From the NCBI GenBank assembly GCA_964016885.1, contig OZ024740.1, forward strand, positions 140,244,001 through 140,308,000: a stretch of 64,000 nt of DNA. Direction: 5' to 3'. This document shows positions 14,120-27,931 of this stretch, piece after piece; the stretch's first letter is position 1; every line of letters begins with the position of its first letter. Under the pieces are notes generated by a model, which saw only the letters and a list, made by a program, of their open reading frames with translations, did no database searches and had not been told where the DNA came from. A program made the position numbers and the translations under genes. Source of the DNA: Eledone cirrhosa. Lineage: Eukaryota.

Positions 14120-14164
14120 AATATTGCTGATGAGTTGTAACAACAACGAAACTAGTTCATTATT
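14120..14164 (+). ncRNA. Minimal type-I hammerhead ribozyme motif
   Basis: aatattg-CTGATGA-gttg-taacaa-caac-GAAA-CTAG-TT-cattatt. Stem II is perfect, stem III is the palindrome ACTAGT, the cleavage triplet is GUU, and stem I has one mismatch. Confidence 0.65.
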
Positions 14165-14413
14165 CCTTGTCTGGCTTTCTGGGGAATAGAGGAAAGGTGT
14201 TTCCTCAAAAACCAGTATGACTCTAAAAACCGGTTTGTCTGTGTGTTTACATACAGAATAGCTGGACACTCACGGTAAAGTGACCAGTGAAAAACTTGGT
14301 ACATCTACAAATGTATACGTGTGTGTATTCATATGCATACTAGTATTTCAGTATACATATGTGGATGTACATTTTTAACTTAATTGTTCATATATATATA
14401 TATATATATACAT

Positions 14414-14523
<110 letters not shown>

Positions 14524-15146
14524 AATTATTTAAACTGAATTTTGATTCATGTAATTTCTATATAACTGCTCTGTAAAACAACTGATGTTATTACATTGAG
14601 CTATTTATCTTACTGGTAATAAGATAGTAATGAATTACTGTCTTCCACTATTTAGGGTTTAAAATATATATAACTATATAAGGTTTTATTATATACATAA
14701 CCATAAAAAGTATCCTTAATACTATATATATATATATATATTTCTTTATTTACCATAAAGGCATGAACTATATATATATATATATAGTTAGGGAAGCAGG
14801 AAATTGCCTATTGTGATCTAGTTCGTGGTTAAGAAAACCAGTTTCATTGACGGTTTCAACGTACCTGTACAGATATATATATATATATATATACACACAC
14901 ACCCCCATATATATATATACATATTTTACAAAATGTTTTTACCCATATAAATATAGATATATATATAGAATGATAGATAGATAGATAGATAGATGAAAAT
15001 GTATTTGAGTAATTATATGCAGTTATATTATATATATATATATCAACTGCATACATGTATATGCATACAAACTTATAACATTTGTATTTTAAGTATAGTG
15101 AATTACGTTTAAATGTATTAGCATTAAGAATATTCTTAGATCTACT

Positions 15147-16100
15147 TAGGCTTTCATCCTTCTGGGCTCGATGAAATTAAAGTACCAGTCAAGTACTGAG
15201 GTCGACTTAATCAACTTCACCACCACAAAAAAACTGCTGGGCTTGTATGTAAATTAGTATTATTTGGATGGTGGATTGGCAATACCGGAAGAGCGCCGGA
15301 CAACATACATTGCAGCATAGAGTTATGTCCCCTTACGTTCTACGTTCAAATAGAATAAACAGTTATTATTAATTTACATATAATAATTGTTTCTACTTTA
15401 GGCACAAGGCCAGCAATTACTCAGTACATTACTGGTACTTTATTTTATCGACCCCGTAAGGATGAAAGGCAAAGTCAACCTCGGCGGCATATAACAATAA
15501 CTGTTTATTCTATTTGACCGTGAAACGTAAGGGAGGACTGGCAGTATCGGTAGAGCGTCGGAGACCATGCTTTTCAACACAGAGTTACGGCCCTTTACGG
15601 TCTGAGTTCAAATCCCGCCGAGGTTAACTTTGCCTTTTATCCTTACGGGGTCGATAAAATAAAGCACCAGTAAGTACTGGGGGTTGATTTAATCGACTTT
15701 CCTCTCCACTAAAATTGAAGGCCTTGTGCCTATATAAGAAACCATTGTGGATTGGCAGTATCGGTAGAGGGTCAGCATAGAGTTACGGCCCTTTGTGGTC
15801 TGAGTTCAAATCCCGCCGAGGTTAACTTTGCCTTTCATCCTTACGGGGGTCGATAAAATAAAGTACCAGTAATACACTGGGATAATTGCTGGCCTTGTGC
15901 CTAAAGTAGAAACAATTATTTGTTCATCTATAGGCTTATGGATTTGCAGAATCAGAACATCAAAGAAACGCTTTGTGGTATATATTCCAGCTCTTTAGAT
16001 CCCAAGTTCCCATCCCGATGTGGTCAACTTTATCTTTCATCTTCCAAGGGTCGATAAAATATAATACCAGTTATATACTGCAATCGATTTAATAAACTTT
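15147..16100. mobile_element. Cluster of SINE family A copies (tandem and inverted)
   Basis: Plus-strand copies at 15535-15742 and 15748-15918 have A box tggcagtatcggtagag, B box gagttcaaatccc and the central gcctttcatccttacggggtcgataaaat. A minus-strand copy lies at 15387-15490, and degenerate copies at 15147-15260 and 15945-16100. Confidence 0.75.
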
Positions 16101-17624
16101 CCCTCCTCATCCCTAGCCATTATTTATTCATTATATAGGTGATTCGTAAAAAATAATAATAGTGTGTGTATATGTGTGTATGTGTGTATGTGTGTGTATG
16201 TGTGTGTATGTGTGGTAATCTTCTGTCGGTTCCGATGACGTGTGTTCCAATTGTTTGGTCAACGGTATACTTTGCTCATGACATTCACAGGAAACTTGTT
16301 GAGCATTCTATAGATATGTGTACTCTTAACGTAATTGTCGGGAAGATTCAGCATGACATAGTGTGTGACAAAATTCGCCCTTTGAATTACAAACACAACT
16401 AATTTTTGCCAGCTGTGTAGACTAGAGCAACATGAAATAACGTCTCTTGCTACGATCTTCAACCAAACACCATAACCTCTAACACACGAGTCTTTACATT
16501 CATACAATACTCTAACGACATTTTTTAAACGTGCTTATGCCTATCCTTACAGGTAAATTAAATTATACTGGGGTAACGTGTTATTATGTATTCAGCCATC
16601 TCTATCAGCACAGTTTTCTACGCTGGGATAGGACCCTTGTCCTTTATAGTGGCTCTAGATTCGTATAACTCTTATAGGGACGGCCTAATTTCATTCCTTT
16701 TGAGTAATTTTTTTTTCTTGTAGGTTATTTTAATGAGGGTATTCTTTTTACATGATTAATTCTACGTAAAATTTCCCTGTGACTGGACCCCTAGGCTTTT
16801 ACATATTTCGGGTTCCCTAAGGCTCAGGCAATAGTGCCCCGGCAAAAAAATATTCATGAGTTGCTTGTATCTGCGGGGCCCCTAGACAACTTTATGGCTA
16901 TGGTGAAAGAGGGTGTATGAGGAACAACATTGAAAAGACCTGAGAATGGAAGTTTTCATATTTGACCAAGTCCTTTTTTAATTTATACGTGTAGAGAATA
17001 GCCGGCATAAAAAGTGAGGTGCTACTTTTCGAATAAATTTGATCAGAGGTGAGTGAGAGTAGCGAGTATGGTCCGAGTGAATGAGTCTACTCTTAGCATG
17101 CACCTAACAAGTTACGGCGGGAAAAACCTCACACAAACATAGTCACAGGAGAATAATTTACATTTTATTTAAATATAAAAAAGAGTAATCTATTAGACAA
17201 TAGAAATTTTCACTAAAGTAAAAGAAATATGACTTTTTTTCCTAGGGTTGCCATTTTCCTATGATTATATTTCCGTTCACTGCACCTACTGACAAGAAAA
17301 TACACCTGGGAGAGGGCACTTACCCTCAGTAGTCAGGGTACTTCAGGATCTGCAGAGTTCCTAGATTAGCCCCTGCTTTAGGGACTCTGTTACATACTTG
17401 TATATCATATATAACTTTTTTTCATTCATCCGATTTCTGGAAAAAAAAAAACTCGCACATTTTGTAACCTGTTGTTGTAGGTCCCCTTATCCAATAGCCC
17501 GGTGGCATTATTTGTATTGCATGCTGTCACTACATTATGAGCACTGATCTATGTGCTGTGGGTACATGCAGTGTTATGTCTTGGTGGTGTGCTTTCTGTT
17601 GTTTTGAAAATGTGGACAACATAC

Positions 17625-17992
17625 TTTACGACATAGAGTTACGTCCCTTTACGTTATGAGTTCAAATCCCACCGAGGTTAACTTTGCTTTCATCCTTACA
17701 GGGTCGATTAAATAACATACCAGTAACGCACTGGGTCGAGTTAATCGACTCCCATAAATTGCTGGCCTTGTGCTTAAATTAGAAATTATTATTATTTTAC
17801 AGCGTCTCACAGAATGCTTTGCGGTACTTATTCCGACCCTTTAAGTTCTGCGTTCAAATCCTGTCGAGGTTAACTTTGCTTTTCATCTTTCTGGGAGGTC
17901 GATCAAATAAAGTACTAATCAAGTTCTGGGTCGACGTAATCGACTTTCCACCCTCCTCAAATTATTGGTCTTCTGCCTAAATTAGAAACCAC
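17625..17992 (+). mobile_element. Two tandem SINE family A copies
   Basis: Two occurrences of gttcaaatcc..cgaggttaactttgc..tcatc..gtcgat, each ending gcc(t)taaattagaaa. Confidence 0.7.
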
Positions 17993-18198
17993 CATTATCA
18001 TCATCATCATCGTCGTCATTATCATTCGTTATTGTCATTAGTATTAGTATTAATGTTAATATTATTAATAATAAATATTTACCTGTGGCAAGTAAAATGC
18101 TTCAGCCTTCGGATAAGAAAACCAAATATTCTGTGTAGAAAATTCACGCCGTAAACACGACTTCATACTCCGCTGACGTCTGGGTATGTGAAGTGAGT

Positions 18199-18302
<104 letters not shown>

Positions 18303-18803
18303 TTTGTGGTGGTGATAACTAATTAGCCTTTTCTCTTCATGCAAGCAGTGTGTTTATGTGTGAGCGTGAAGTTGATGTTCTTGTTATTCTTGTTATTATT
18401 ATTACGCGTCGTAGTCGTAGTAGTTGTAGTAGTAGTAACAACAGCAACAGCAGCACACGCTGTATATTGAAGGGGAAAATACTTTCTGACAGCCTCTTGG
18501 ACTGACGATTGCCTTTATAGACTGTGGCATGAGAGGCGAGGCTTAGAAGAGGCTTCTAGTATCAACAGTCGATGGAATGGGATAGGATAGGTGAAAGGGG
18601 AGAGGGAACAGTAGGTGCGAGAGATGGGGGGGGGGGGAGTAGAATTAATAAGGAAAAAGGATAAGATAGGATATTCGTGCATAGAGTAGATGGGTGGATA
18701 AATGGATGGAAGTCTGTATGTGTATATATATGTGTGTGTGTGTGCGTGTGCGTGTGTGTGTGTCTGTGTGCATGTATGTATGTATGTATATTTGTATGTG
18801 GAT

Positions 18804-18901
<98 letters not shown>

Positions 18902-18974
18902 TGCACATATAGATATATTTATCTATGCCTGTATATGTGTAAACATACATATACATATAAATATATATGCATAC

Positions 18975-19203
18975 ATATGTGTGTGAGTGTGTTTATGCAT
19001 ATGTGTGTGAGTGTGTTTATGCATGTGTGTGTGAGTGTGTTTATGCATGTGTGTGTGAGTGTGTTTATGCATGTGTGTGTGAGTGTGTTTATGCATGTGT
19101 GTGTGAGTGTGTTTATGCACGTGTGTGTGAGTGTGTTTATGCATGTGTGTGTGAGTGTGTTTATGCATGTGTGTGTGAGTGTGTTTATGCATGTGTGTGT
19201 GAG
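18975..19203. repeat. 24-bp minisatellite (gtgagtgtgtttatgcatgtgtgt)n
   Basis: About 9 tandem copies. Confidence 0.85.
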
Positions 19204-19289
19204 AAAAAGATAGAATAAATAAATAGATAAAAAGATACATAGGGATGAAGAGAGAGAAAGTCAATGAGAGAGAAAGGCGGTTTCTCCAC

Positions 19290-20695
19290 CAACACTCACA
19301 CATACACACATGCACATACATACATACATAATACATAGATACATACATACACATACACATACACACGTACACATATACACATACACTCATGCATACTTGC
19401 TCACACACATACCTACACACACATAGATCCCCACATACTGATATACATACGCACATTCACACACACACACGCACATAATCAAACATACACATACAAATAC
19501 ACAGATAGAGGCATACACTTATACACATATCGCAGTCAGAGGCATACACGAACACACACACACATATATATATATACACATGACCATACACACATATACG
19601 TAGACAGAGACATACACACACACATACACATGACCATACACACATATACGTAGACAGAGACATACACACACACATACACATGACATACACACACACACAC
19701 ACATGACCATACACACACACACACACATACACATGACCATACACACACATATGCACACACACATACACACACATATGCACACACACACACACACATATGC
19801 ACACACACACACACACACATACACATAACCATACACACACATATGCACACACACACACACACATACACACATATACAAACACACATACATACATATGCAC
19901 ACACACACATACATACACATACACATGACCATACACACACATCAGCACACACACACACATGACCATACACACACATATGCACACACACACACATATGCAC
20001 ACACACACACATAACGATACACACACATATGCATACACACACACATACCCATGACCATACACACACATATGCACACACACACACATACACACATATACAA
20101 ACACACATACATATGCACACACATACACATACAAACACACATACATATGCACACACACACACATACATACACATACACATGACCATACACACACACACAC
20201 ACACATATATGCACACACACACACATATGCACACACACACACACATAACGATACACACACATATGCACACACAGACACACACACATACGCATGACCATAC
20301 ACACACACACATACACACATATACAAACACACATACATACATATGCACACACACACACACATACACACACACACATACTCACACACATACATACACACAC
20401 ACACATACACACACACACATACTCACACACATACATACACACACACACATACACACACACACATACTCACACACATACATACACACACACATACATACAC
20501 ACACATTAAATATACACTTTCAAAGTGGTTTATAGAAGTGTTAAGAGAAAAGGGCAATTATAATGTGTAGAGAATGGAGGTGGGTGTGGGAAGGTGTGTT
20601 TTGGTTGGAACTGTCGCAAAGGAGGCTGGAATTTTTGAAGTGCTACATGTGTCATCCAGTATACCATTGTGTGTGTGTGTGTGTGTGTGCGTGTG

Positions 20696-20728
<33 letters not shown>

Positions 20729-21230
20729 TTGTGTGTCTGTGTGTGTCTGTGTGTGTCTGTGTGTGTGTGTGTGTATGTGTCTGTGCGTGTCTGTGTGTGT
20801 TCGTTTGTGTGTATGTGTATAAGTGTGTGAATGTGTATAAGTGTGTGTATGTGTGGGTATATGTGTGTTTCTTTGTGTGTGTGTATGTGTGGGTATATGT
20901 GTGTTTCTTTGTGTGTGTGTATGTGTGGGTATATGTGTGTTTCTTTGTGTGTGTGTGTATGTGTGGGTATATGTGTGTTTCTTAGTGTGTGTGTATGTGT
21001 GGGTTTGCCTCTGTGCGTGTGGATATTTGTGTATGCAAGTATTTGTGTGCGCATCTTCATACAGCTGTTGATATATGTGTGTTCATGCGTGTGTATGTAT
21101 GCGTAATATTGTCGTGTTAGTTCATACATGTGATGTGTGTGTGTGTATATGTATGTGTGTGTATGTATGTGTGCGCATGTGAGTGATGATCTTGGTGTGT
21201 ATATGTGCGCGCGTGTGTATGTGTGTATGT
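19290..21230. repeat. Degenerate (CA)n/(TG)n compound satellite blocks
   Basis: A CA-rich block at ~19300-20505 and a TG-rich block at ~20668-21230, both with higher-order repeats. Confidence 0.85.
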
Positions 21231-21331
21231 GATAACTGTCAGGAAGACACTTGCTAATAAAGGTGTGTATGCTGGTGCATAATAGATGCATGTGCCTATG
21301 TAGTCATGTATGTATGCATCTGTTGCTTTTC

Positions 21332-21362
<31 letters not shown>

Positions 21363-21459
21363 ATTCGTCTTTATTGGCAACATGACCCTCCCAAAGTATA
21401 ACAATATATATACCATTTGTACTGCCTCTCTGGTTTTTGTTCTATGTTCATTTATTCAA

Positions 21460-21543
<84 letters not shown>

Positions 21544-21680
21544 AAGTGTGGTAAGGAACCAGGTGGACCATAACGCACCAGAGTACTCGATACAGTTCGG
21601 ATCTAGCTGTCGAAACGGCCGGAGCTCAGCCGTCAGGGTCCTGACTCTTTTTCTATATATGTATATATATATATATGTGT

Positions 21681-21807
<127 letters not shown>

Positions 21808-22417
21808 CGCGTGTGTGTGTGTATCCTGCTCGTTTATATCTTTTATAAATATATACGCATATACATATACACACATACAGACAAACTTTACCTTCTCGTT
21901 TATATATATATTAAAACGAGAACGGTTAAGTTTGTCTGTGTTATGTTGTTGCTTACATGCATGAATGTATGTATGGCTATTTAAGCTTGTTTACATTTAG
22001 TTATCCATGCGTTACTTAATGGCGAAACATTAGGATACCTGTATTCAAAACAGATGAACAGATATATAGATAGATAGGGAGATACATAAATATATAAATA
22101 GATAAATAGATAGATAGATAGATAGATATAGATAGATAGATAGATAGATAGATATATTTCTTTTATTTGCCACTAGGGCATCAAAAGTGGGACAAGTACA
22201 AAGGGGGGAGTTTACACAAAAAGGCGTCCTCAATAAGGAGGAGGCAATAACAAAATATAAAAATAAAATAAGATATAACAAAAAATAAAATTTTTAACAA
22301 AATCCTCAATAGAGAGGAGGCGCCTTGGGGGGTCGCACACACCCCCAAAAAAGTGTGCAACCCTTCTCCTCAGGAGCACAGAGAAGGGGTGCTCCCTTGG
22401 TCTTTCATCTTCCTCAC

Positions 22418-25400
22418 CTATAGTCTGATGTAGAGTGAAGGCCCATTCACACGGGCCATTCTCGCCACTTTCACCCATCTTTCATAGAAACGGCTGGGGT
22501 GCAGCACCTCTCTCTCCATCCTGATCCTTCTTCCGAAATGATATCGGAAGAAACGGACCAGTTGTTGGCCAGAGAGAAAGGTGCCCGACCTCAGTCCTTT
22601 CAGACGCGTCCACCATACAACCTCTTTCGCCATGGCTATTACGCACAGAAACACCGCCTCTGCTTCATCTTTGAAGGGGGGAGGCGGCTTGATCATTACA
22701 ATAGACTCGGTGGTCAACCGGATCGGTCCCACCCTTGACAGCAGTTGTTCGACATAGCCCCACAGATCGGCTACGCCCGAGCAGTGTACTAATGCGTGTG
22801 CAACGGTTTCCTCGTCGCACACGCATCTGGGACAGATCTTTTTGGCGGGGTCCCTACCCGGGCGCCCGTGTCTGTAGAGCCTTTCTCGAACGGGTAAAGC
22901 CCCTCGGTAGCACTGCCAGGCCAGGGACTTCTGGAAGTTGTCCATAGGTCCCGGGCTGAATGTCCTACCGAACAGGCTGGCCAGTTCGTCCTCCTCCATG
23001 TCTAGGGCTTCTCCGAGGGCGTCGTCGCACCTGCTGCGTACCAGCCCTCTATAGAATGTTGCGGTGGAGTCTCCACTGATAACCGGATCCGCCTGCCAGA
23101 GGGCGGTGAGCGCCTGGGCACACTCAGTGTGCCAGGCGCCCAGTTTTCTCGGTCTTTGCTTGACCCAGGATTGCAGCTCGGTGAGTGAGACGAGTCTGGG
23201 AAAGGTTCGTCTCACAAACGAGGCCCACACCGGTTGTCCGGTGAGGAATACGTAGAGGTGCCGTAGCCTTAATGCGTGTTTACGCATCATTAGCCACGGC
23301 ATCCCCAGCCCTCCTTTCGAAGGGTGTTGACAGCAGATGGATCTCCTCACCATAGGAGCCCGCCTCTTCCAAAGGAATTGGAAGAGCGCGCGCTCCATCT
23401 TGGTGAGGGTTTCCCTTGGGCAGGGCACTACGGTCAGGCGGTAGTAGATGACGGACGCTATGTAGGTGTTCGCCACCTCCGCCCGACCTTTCAGGGATAG
23501 TTTGCAACTGGCCCACTTCTGGGTCAGTGCAAACACCCTGTTCGTAACCTCCGCCCAGTTTTTCTCCACCTGGAGGTCCGGTCCGAACCAGACCCCGAGC
23601 AACTTCACCGGGCCCTCCGTCCAGCGTCCGACGACGCTATCGGAGGGCATCGGTCTGCCCCTCCACGTGCCGAGTTGCAAACCGATCGACTTGTCCCGGT
23701 TCAGCTTAGCCCCTGTGAACTTTTCGTACTCCTCCAGTAAGGTGCCGACCGCCTCGATTTCGGAGGCCGTCGACACCATTACTGTCACGTCATCGGCGTA
23801 GGCCGACACCGCTTTCCGCAATCCCGGTTCCAAAGGGATGCCCTGCAACAACTCCAACTTCCGCAGTAGTGGCTCGAGAGTCAACACATACAGAAGGGAG
23901 GAGAGAGGGCACCCTTGTCGGATGGACCGCGCGATTTTGAACGGCTCCGAGAGGTAGCCGTTCACCTTGACCCTAGAGCAGATGCGGCTGCTGTGCATAG
24001 CAGTGATCCAGCCCCTGAAAACGTGTCCGAAGCCTGCCGCCGCTAGCACCGCATCCAGGTAACCATGGTCGACCCTATCGAACGCCTTAGATTGATCCAA
24101 GTTGATCAGAGCCCCACCAAAGCCGGGTTCGTTCCCAACCCTCTCTATGATGTATCGCATGAGGTGGAGGTTGTCATGGATGGACCTGGACGGGATAGCG
24201 CATGTCTGCGCATCTCCCACCAGGTTGCCCACGACAAGCGCCAACCTCTTTGCTAGCACCTTGGCCAAAATCTGTAACTCTGTATTTAGCAGTGTTATGG
24301 GCCTGAAGTTACTTATTTCGTCCCCCTTGTTCTCGTCCTTCCTCACTAGCGTGACTACGCCCTTGGTCACAGTACAGGGAATTCTCCCGTTCTGTTGCCA
24401 GTTGCAGTAGACCGCCTCGAGGAGATCGGGGAACAAGTCCGGCATAGCTAGATATAATTCGTAAGGAAGACCATCGAGACCCGGGGATTTGCGTTTGCCG
24501 CATTGGCTCAGCACGTCCTCTATCTCAGCGGCCGAAATCGGCTCCTCGCAGGACTTCGCCTCCCTGTCCGAGAGGCGCGCAGGCCGTCGAGGTATGGACC
24601 GAAGTCCACGTTCCCAACCGGCTCCCCGCCCCTCCCGAACAATCCGGCAAAGTGCCTTTGAAAGGCCTCACACATCTGCTTAGGCTCAAGAATCGCCCGT
24701 CCATCCAGGTCTCGCAAAGACCGGATGGTGGATTTAGTTCCACTGTTGGCCTCTGTCACGCGGGCCCAGCTAACAGCTTTAGTCCCCTCGTTCCCTAGAG
24801 CACGTATTTTACTTCGGACAACGCAGCCTTCGTGCTTCGCGTCGAAAAACTGGCTCAAAGCCGTTCTCGACGCTAGCACTCTGGCCACGTCGCCGCTTCT
24901 AATTGCCTCTTCTACTCTATCTATTAGCTCCCTTTCGTTCCTATTCCTATCCGCAGCTAGAACCTTACTAAATTCTATCGAGACTACTCTAATCTCTCTC
25001 TTTAGAGATACCCACCACCTGCTGTTGACGATCGCTCCAGTCAACCGTTCCTTAACTAACGTACTAATCCGATTCCTGTAGGCTCTACTTGCCGGCAAGG
25101 ACAAGTTGAGCTTCCAGTAACCGGGGCCCTGTCTATGAGTTCTGTCAAGGTTGACCATGCAGGTCACTAATTTGTGGTCTGAATAGCCAACCATGCGCAT
25201 TTTTGGACAACTTAAAAAGTCCTTATCCTTAATTCTAACTAAGAACCTATCTAGGTACGACCTAGATGATCCGCTGCGATTTGCCCAAGTCCAGGTTGGC
25301 GCAGTCGGAAAATCTAGTCGATATCTATCGGCCAGGTCAAATCGACCGATTAACCCTTTGAGGCTATTACACCCCTCTCTATCGGGGCAGGCCCCTACGT

Positions 25401-25854
25401 AGTCCCAGCGTGCATCTAGGATACCATTCCAGTCCCCCACTAATAGCAAGGAGCGGGACGTCCCTAGAAAAGTCTCCAGACGATGGAAGAAGTCCGGCCG
25501 CATTGACCCGAAAGGGCCGTAGGCGGCTACCAACCTAAATGCTCCGCCTTTACCACTGCCAAGGTCCAGAACCACTAGTCGACCCTCCGGGTCCAAATGT
25601 ACCATCTGTGTTGCGAGACCCAGATGTTTTTGCAGCAGAACGACAACTCCACCCCCACCTCCGGGCTGACAGAGAGATGCGTGCATCTCAAAGTCATCAA
25701 AGGTGGGGGCCAGCTGTCGCACGTTGCTGATCCGGGCCTCGCAAATAACCATCACATCTATACGTTGTGACCTGAGGTCATTTAGAAGCATTGCTTGCTT
25801 CCAAGTTGAGCCCAGGCCACGCGCATTTAAACAGCCTACTCTTAGCATAGCCAT
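22418..25854 (-). pseudogene. LINE ORF2 (APE endonuclease + reverse transcriptase + C-terminal CCHC) with a single 1-bp frameshift near 24579
   Basis: EN motifs LNARGL, GDWN, SYLDRF, SDH. RT motifs KSPGLDGL, NFRPITLLN, DQSKAFDRVDH, RQGCPLS, YADD. C-terminal CPRC..ETVAHALVHC. Copy B has gcggcagg where copy A has gcgcagg, a one-G loss. Confidence 0.9.
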
Positions 25855-25878
25855 GTTGGTGGTGAAGAGAAAAGGCAC

Positions 25879-27666
25879 TTACCTCTCTGCGTACCGGGTA
25901 TCGGGCTGCACAATTTCCATTAGGGTGGGGGATGGGTTGTTGGGTGGGGTGGTGGTTTGTGGAAGTGTGGGGGCATCAGTGTGTTGTGTGGTTGGGGAGC
26001 TTGGAGTTGTGAGGGTGTTTGGGGAGGGGGTGGGATAGTTTTTTAGGAGGACGCGGTTAATGGGCCCGACGCAGGGGGGACCCACGTCCTCTTTAAAATT
26101 GTTTTTTAAAGTTTTATAGGTGTCCTGTGGGGCCTTAATCATTTTGAGGTGGGGGAAATCCCCTGCCTGGGTGAAGTTAGGCCCTTGTGTTTTTATTAGA
26201 TTGTTGTTGTACACAATGTTTAACAGTTTTTTGTTTCTTGTATTTATGTATGTGTATGCATGTTTTTGTTTTTGTGTGGTGTTTTTTGTTTGCTGTTGTG
26301 AGCTCTTTTGTGTTGGTGTCAGTGTTATGTTTTGGGGAGGGTTTTTTTTCATTTGTGTGTCTGAGGTGTGTTTTCTTTTTTTTCTTTTGATTGTGTGGAA
26401 GTGCTCCTCCTCGTCTGACGACGAACTAGGGTCATCTTCCGCGTTGGAGGGGAGGGGTATATTTTCGGGTTGTGTTTGCGGTACGGGTGTTTTGGAAATT
26501 GTTTTTGTTTTTTGAGTGGAAGGGATGGGTTGGACATTGTTTTGTTTTGGTTTGAGCTGTGGTGGTTGTTTTTGTAGTGGTAGTTGTGGTGATTGTGTTG
26601 GTTGTGCAGTTGTTGGTGGTGTAGGCAGGATTGGGGTTTTCTTATTAAGTTGGGGACAGACAGCCCTCAGGTGACCTCTGGTTCCGCAGAGGTGACACGA
26701 GGGCCGTCTACCCTCAACGGTAATGTTGATGAAGGTTAGATCATCCAGTATGACGCGTTCAGGGATCTGGGCGATCCTTTCGGGCCTCATTTGAACTACA
26801 AGTTCGAGGCTCGTTCCACTGAACGCGTCACCCGATGCCTTTCCCATGGACACCAGCATGTCATCCTCCAGGTCCAGAAAACCTGTCAAAACCCACCATA
26901 TGTCCATAATCGGCAGGATGGTGTGGATTTTTATTTTTTGTGTTCTTCTACCCATGTACGTAGGGTAGAAGGTGTATGCGGTGGATGTGATTGGTTTGAT
27001 GGACAGTTTCACTGCTGTGTCCCTGTCCTTCATGAGAATGGATAGACTTCCGTAGAGTCTATCCTTCTGAATGAAGGTGATGTCCTTCATGACGTCTTTT
27101 AAAACCAGCTCTATCTCGCTCTGTGATGGTTGAGCTGGTTTTTTACTTTTGTTCGAGATTGTCCTAAACATGACCGTGTTTAGGAGTCTCTGGCTTTTTA
27201 GTTCCGGGGGGGAATGGATTGTGAATGAACCATTTTCCCCGTACACTATATATTTTTTCGCATCCGCCAGTAGCTCCTTCGCTTTTGTTATATCTACTGG
27301 CAGATAGTCGAGGGTTTTCCTTGTCGTCTCGGCGAAGGAGAAATTTTGTTTGTTTGTGTTGTTGTTGTCGTTGGTGGTGTTGTTGTTATCATTGTTGTTG
27401 TTGTCACCGTTATTGGTCTTGTTGTTGTTATTGTTATTGTTATTGGTGTTGTTTTCGTCCGTCGCATTGTTGTTGTTGTTGCTGTTGCTGCTGGTTCTTT
27501 GGGTTGTTGCCATGGCAACGTCAAGTTGTCGGTTAACAGGTGGAGAGAATTCTTCCTCTGGCTGACCTATCTTCTTGACCTCTGCTACTGTGACAGTGGC
27601 AGGGGGAAGCTGTAAGTTCATCTTCCCCTTTCCTCCTTCGAATTTTGGTGAAGAAGCTTCGGCCAT
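25879..27666 (-). CDS. LINE ORF1 protein (gag-like, single CCHC zinc knuckle)
   Basis: 595-aa open frame with CHLCGTRGHLRAVC knuckle, an Asn-rich N-terminal segment and a Pro/Gln/Thr-rich basic C-terminus, lying directly upstream of ORF2. Confidence 0.85.
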   Translation of the reverse strand: MAEASSPKFEGGKGKMNLQLPPATVTVAEVKKIGQPEEEFSPPVNRQLDVAMATTQRTSSNSNNNNNATDENNTNNNNNNNNKTNNGDNNNNDNNNTTNDNNNTNKQNFSFAETTRKTLDYLPVDITKAKELLADAKKYIVYGENGSFTIHSPPELKSQRLLNTVMFRTISNKSKKPAQPSQSEIELVLKDVMKDITFIQKDRLYGSLSILMKDRDTAVKLSIKPITSTAYTFYPTYMGRRTQKIKIHTILPIMDIWWVLTGFLDLEDDMLVSMGKASGDAFSGTSLELVVQMRPERIAQIPERVILDDLTFINITVEGRRPSCHLCGTRGHLRAVCPQLNKKTPILPTPPTTAQPTQSPQLPLQKQPPQLKPKQNNVQPIPSTQKTKTISKTPVPQTQPENIPLPSNAEDDPSSSSDEEEHFHTIKRKKRKHTSDTQMKKNPPQNITLTPTQKSSQQQTKNTTQKQKHAYTYINTRNKKLLNIVYNNNLIKTQGPNFTQAGDFPHLKMIKAPQDTYKTLKNNFKEDVGPPCVGPINRVLLKNYPTPSPNTLTTPSSPTTQHTDAPTLPQTTTPPNNPSPTLMEIVQPDTRYAER

Positions 27667-27877
27667 TTAAAAAAATATTGACTTTTCAACAAGAAAAAAC
27701 TTTTTTTTTAACTATTTCGCCTAAAGGCGTAGAATATTTTGAGAGACTGACCAGATCAAAGTTTGACCTGGCAGTCCCTCTACAAAATGGTACAAAAATT
27801 AAAGTTATCAGACAAGAATTTCTATAGAAATTTAAACAGAACTTACTCAGCAAGTTATACGCGTGTGTCCATCCCAG

Positions 27878-27930
<53 letters not shown>

Positions 27931-27931
<1 letters not shown>

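Larger units (their letters stand above)
22156..27877 (-). mobile_element. Near full-length L1/Tx1-clade non-LTR retrotransposon (copy A)
   Basis: ~210-bp 5' UTR, ORF1, ORF2 (APE endonuclease-RT-CCHC) and a 3' UTR with AATAAA just before a (TATC)n tract. (GATA)n lies on both flanks. Confidence 0.93.

Noticed and set aside
15535-15620. tRNA gene
   Set aside because: A/B boxes are present, but there is no cloverleaf and the sequence continues into a dispersed SINE body.
18066-18185. Possible minus-strand host exon (cag…CAG|GTAAAA)
   Set aside because: Splice-like ends only. There is no open coding frame or recognisable protein, so it cannot be supported without transcripts.
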